Shown here: positions 1 to 64,000 of the stretch, in pieces
Layout of the letters: each line of letters starts with the position of its first letter
How positions within the stretch are numbered: position 1 is the first letter of the stretch
Assembly: GCF_006345805.1 (NCBI RefSeq)
Contig: NC_043024.1
Span: forward strand, 11,346,001-11,410,000
Source: Octopus sinensis
Taxonomy: Eukaryota
Reading direction: 5' to 3'
DNA: 64,000 nt
The notes under the pieces: model-generated
Seen by the model: only the letters and a program-made list of their open reading frames with translations
Databases searched by the model: none
Told to the model about the DNA's origin: nothing
Translations under genes and position numbers: made by a program

Positions 1-523
1 GGGCTATAGTAGAAGACACTTGCCCAAGGTGCCATGCAGTGGGACTGAACCCGCAACCATGTGGTTGGTTAGCAAGCTACTTACCACACAGCCAATATAT
101 ATATATATATATATACATACAAATGGCGGTGCCCCAGCATGGCCACAGCTCGTGAGCTGAAACTAGATAAAATAAAATAAAAAAATAAAAATAAAAATAC
201 GACGGGCTTCTTTCAGTTTCCGTCTACCAAATCCACTCACAAGGCCTTGGTCGGCCTGAGGCTATAGTAGAAGACACTTGCCCAAGGTGCCACGCAGTGG
301 GACTGAACCCGGAAGCATGTGGTTCGTAAGCACTTGTCCCCTTGTGTCAGCTGACCTATATAAAACGCCGGGGACATAAACGGAACAGTTTCTTGCAATA
401 AATACATCAAAAACAAAATTCTTTAATGGCGCCATAAGATACTACTGTGGACCCTATTTTGCTTGAGTGACCCCCACCCCATATGAACCCTGGCTGAGAA
501 GCACTGATTTAGGGTTTACTTAC

Positions 524-59894
<59,371 letters not shown>

Positions 59895-60452
59895 CTGTCA
59901 TGTGTACAGGAGACAAGAGTTCAAGTCCCACAAGCAACCTTTGACTTCTTCTGTTCAAAAGGGTTTCCCAGTCCAATATTTACATGCTGTTATTTACAGC
60001 TCTGTGTGCTTCGAGATCCAGTTTCAAAAAGGAATTATTTCCCACTCTCTCAACAGTTCATAAATTCTATGATGTCATCTTCATCATCATTTAATGTCCG
60101 TTTCCCATGCTGGCATGGGCTGGACGGTTTGACATATAGCTGACCAGCTGGAGAGCCATCCAGACTCCAGTCGTCTGTTGTGGCAGAGTTTCTACAGCTG
60201 GATGCCCTTCCTAATGCCAACCACTTTACAGAGTGTGCTGGGTGCTTTTTATGTGCCACTGGCATGGATGTGTTTACACAGCACTGGCATGAACAATATA
60301 TATATATTGTTAGGAAGGGCATCCAGCCGTAGAAACACTGCCAGATTTGACTGGGCCTGATGAAGCCTTCTGGCTTCACAGACCCCAGTAGAACCGTCCA
60401 ACCCATGCTAGCATGGAAAACGGACGCTAAATGATGATGATGATGATGATGA

Positions 60453-60484
<32 letters not shown>

Positions 60485-60579
60485 TTGAGGGAATATTATT
60501 CCTAACTTACAGGGAAAAATTCAATTTAGAAATACTAAATCAAATTTCACAAAATATGATATATATATATATATATATC

Positions 60580-60880
60580 AATTAGAAAAAAAAACCCTTT
60601 TATCAATTCAAAATGAAAAATTAAATTACACCATCTAGAAAATTACATATAATAGAAATATTAAATATAAGATAAAAAATAATATACCGATGATTAAGTA
60701 ATGTGAAAAATAATAAATATTCTACCAAATATATACGTTTTATTTATTATTTTGCACATTACTTAATCATCGGTATATTATTTTATATCTTATATTTAAT
60801 ATTTCTATTATATGTAATTTTCTAGATGGTCTAATTTAATTTTTCATTTTGAATTGATAGAAGGTGGTTTTCTTCTAATT
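60580..60880. repeat. AT-rich long palindrome, ~140-bp arms, ~20-nt loop
   Basis: 60580-60720 versus reverse complement of 60741-60880, few mismatches. Confidence 0.9.
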
Positions 60881-60885
60881 TATAT

Positions 60886-60931
<46 letters not shown>

Positions 60932-60937
<6 letters not shown>

Positions 60938-61331
60938 GAAAATGGAGGAATAGATTCCTTTCAATCATTGACTTACAGATATTACCAATTCATATTATTT
61001 ATTAACTACATAAATAGGAACGTCCAAATCCAACAAAACGAAACAATAGGCCTTGAGATATATATATAAGTAACTCATTTTTAACTGCATATTGCCTCAA
61101 TACATCTGACTAATATAGGCAGAATGAGATACCTTTATCTACAGGCTGAAACAGCTGTAAGATCCATTTTATGTGTATTATTCTTATGGTATTATTATCT
61201 TAGATATTGATGTATATTGTTTTGTTTTGTTGGATTTGGATGTTCCTATTTAAGTAGTTAATAAATAATATGAATTGGTAATATCTGTAAGTCGATGATT
61301 GAAATGAATCTGTTCCTCCATTTACTTGTTT
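60932..61331. repeat. Second foldback, ~115-bp arms, ~170-bp spacer
   Basis: 60932-61047 versus reverse complement of 61215-61331. Confidence 0.88.
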
Positions 61332-62714
61332 GTATTATGAATTTTAGGTAAAATATTTTACCTTCGCCCATATAATACAATAAATGAATTAATTGCATTG
61401 CAATTATAAGCATTTATGTATTTGGCATTTGGGTGCTTCACCAGCAGTCATCATCATCATCATCATCATTTAACGTCCACTTTCCATGCTAGCATGGGTT
61501 GGACGGTTCAACTGGGGTCTGGGGAGCCCGAAGGCTGCACCAGGCCAGTCAGATCTGGCAGTGTTTCTACAGCTGGATGCCCTTCCTAACGCCAACCACT
61601 CCGAGAGTGTAGTGGGTGATTTTATGTGCCACCGACACAGGTGCCAGACGAGGCTGGCGAACGGCCACGCTCGGATGGTGTTTTTATGTGCCACCGACAC
61701 AGGTGCCAGACGAGGCTGGCAGACGGCCACGCTCGGATGGTGTTTTTATGTGCCACCGACACAGGTGCCAGACAAGGCTGGCAGACGACCACGCTCGGAT
61801 GGTGTTTTTATGTGCCACCGACACAGGTGCCAGATGAGGCTGGCGAACGGCCACGCTCGGATGGTGTTTTTATGTGCCACCGACACAGGTGCCAGACGAG
61901 GTTGGCAGACGGCCACGCTCGGATGGTGTTTTTTATGTGCCACCGACACAGGTGCCAGACAAGGCTGGCAGACGACCACGCTCAGATGGTGTTTTTTTTT
62001 ATGTGCCACCGACACAGGAGCTAGATTAGGCTGGCGATCGGCCACGATTGGATGGTGTTTTTTATGTGCCACCGACACAGGTGCCAGACAAGGCTGGCAG
62101 ACGACCACGCTCAGATGGTGTTTTTTTTTATGTGCCACCGACACAGGAGCCAGATTAGGCTGGCGATCGGCCACGATTGGATGGTGATTGTTACGTGCCC
62201 ACAGCATGGAGGCCAGTATATTGGATAACTGATATCCCATAGTGGGTTACACTCATAACCCCTATCTCACTTTGTACTATATATATATACATATATATCA
62301 TCATCATCATCATCATCATTAACGTCCGTTTTCCGCGCTAGCACGGGTTGGACGGTTTCGACCGGGTCTGGGGAGCTCGGGACTGCCCCAGGCTCCAGTC
62401 TATCTGGCAGTGTTTCTACAGCTGGATGCCCTTCTAACGCCAACCACTCCGAGAGTGTAGTGGGTGATTTTATGTGCCACCGACACAGGTGCCAGATTAG
62501 GCTGGCGATCGCCACGATTGGATGGTGTTTTTATGTGCCACCGACACAGGAGCTAGATTAGGCTGGCGATCGCCACGATTGGATGGTGATTGTTACGTGC
62601 CCACAGCATGGAGGCCAGTATATTGGATAACTGATATCCCATAGTGGGTTACACTCATAACCCCTATCTCACTTTGTACTATATATATATATATATATAT
62701 ACATATATTCATTG

Positions 62715-62997
62715 TGAAACAGGACATCAAACATTCAGGCAAGGCAAACATCTCAAGGTATATATGATATTATTACAGGAAGAAGTTGAAAATCTTACCG
62801 CTGTGTCTGCGATGTTCTTGAGGGTGCGGTTTTTTCTCATCTAAGACAAATCAGAGAAATAAAAAAAGGAAAATCAGAATAGTACATATCAATAAAACGA
62901 CAGGATAGGGGGAGTAAAAGAATAAGGAGCTGGAAAGAAAGAGGAAAAAAAGAGGCATAAAAGTTCATAGTTCAACTTTGTGAAGTTATAGAAACCA
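62715..62997. repeat. ~280-bp segment duplicated at 58920-59198
   Basis: Near-identical sequence 3.8 kb apart in the same orientation. Confidence 0.85.
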
Positions 62998-63079
62998 AGG
63001 AACCCCAGTAATCCATTAAAGCATTTACCTAGCGTAGCTAATTGTTTAGATCACCTGTGAACTAAACCCCCATACTTTG

Positions 63080-63145
<66 letters not shown>

Positions 63146-64000
63146 TATATTGCCAGCCTTGTCTGGCACCTGTGTCGGTGGCACATATAATATCCCCCAC
63201 TACACTCTCGGAGTGGTTGGCATTAGGAAGGGCATCCAGCTGTAGAAACACTGCCAGATCTGACTGGCCTGGTGCAGCCTTCGGGCTCCCCAGACCCCAG
63301 TTGAACCGTCCAACCCATGCTAGCATGGAAAGCGGACGTTAAACGATGATGATGATGATGATGATGATATGCATCATCATCATCGGTTAACGTTTGACTG
63401 AGGCTCCAATCTTGATCTGGCAGAGTTTCTATAGCAGGATGCCCTTCCTAACACCAGTGTAGTGGATGCTTTTACGTGCCACAGGCATGGGAGCCAGTCA
63501 GGCGGTACTGGTAACGACCTCGCTTGAATGTATTTTCCATGTGCCACTGGCACAAGTGCCAGTAAGGCAACACTGGTAACAATCATAGCTGCTCTGGCAA
63601 CGATCACGCTCGGATGGTACTCTTAGCACCTCACTAGCACAGATGCCAGTCATCAAATTTGATTTTGATTTCACTTGCCTCAACAGGTCTTCGCAAGCAG
63701 AGTTTAGTGTCCAAAGAAGGAAAAGGTACGCATAAGTAGGCTGGTTACGCCCCTGGCATAGGCCACAAGGTTATGGTCTCATTTGGCTTGCGGGTCTTCT
63801 CAAGCACAGCATATTCCCAGAGGTCCCGGTCACTAGTCATTGCCTCAGTGAGGCCCGATGTTTGAAGGACATGCTTCACCACCTCATCCCAGGTCTTCCT
63901 GGGTCTACCTCTTCCATGGGTTCCCTCAACCGCTAGGGTGTGGCACTTTTTCACACAGCTATCCTCATCCATTCTCGCTACATGACCATACCAGCGCAGT

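Noticed and set aside
61620-62200. CRISPR-like repeats or repeat-protein ORFs (MCHRHRCQ..., 233 aa)
   Set aside because: Tandem units of a LINE 3' UTR; ORFs open in several frames by chance

Overview
Eukaryotic, AT-rich, repeat-dense DNA; the SINE/LINE complement suggests an octopod cephalopod (inference from recalled repeat families). The only protein-coding gene I can support lies on the minus strand and runs off both ends of the window. It has 22 exons (59894 to 524, about 1617 codons), joined by hand with consistent splice phases. It encodes the AAA4-stalk/MTBD-AAA5-toward-AAA6 part of a divergent dynein heavy chain, most like DNHD1. The model has a degenerate AAA4 P-loop, three large low-complexity insertions and two inferred GC-AG introns. 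The introns contain tRNA-derived SINEs, RTE and CR1-group LINE 3' fragments, mariner/Tc2/piggyBac/hAT-type MITEs, non-autonomous Helitrons (including a 7-unit CTAG|TC head-to-tail array), a 158-bp satellite built from an RTE ORF, long foldback palindromes, minisatellites and microsatellites. The most interesting signal is a set of six type I hammerhead-ribozyme motifs in small Penelope-like/foldback elements. Two antisense copies have intact cores, one antisense copy is mutated, and all three copies on the host pre-mRNA strand carry lesions. Most ORFs in the supplied track are repeat-derived artefacts. All alignments and folds were done by eye.
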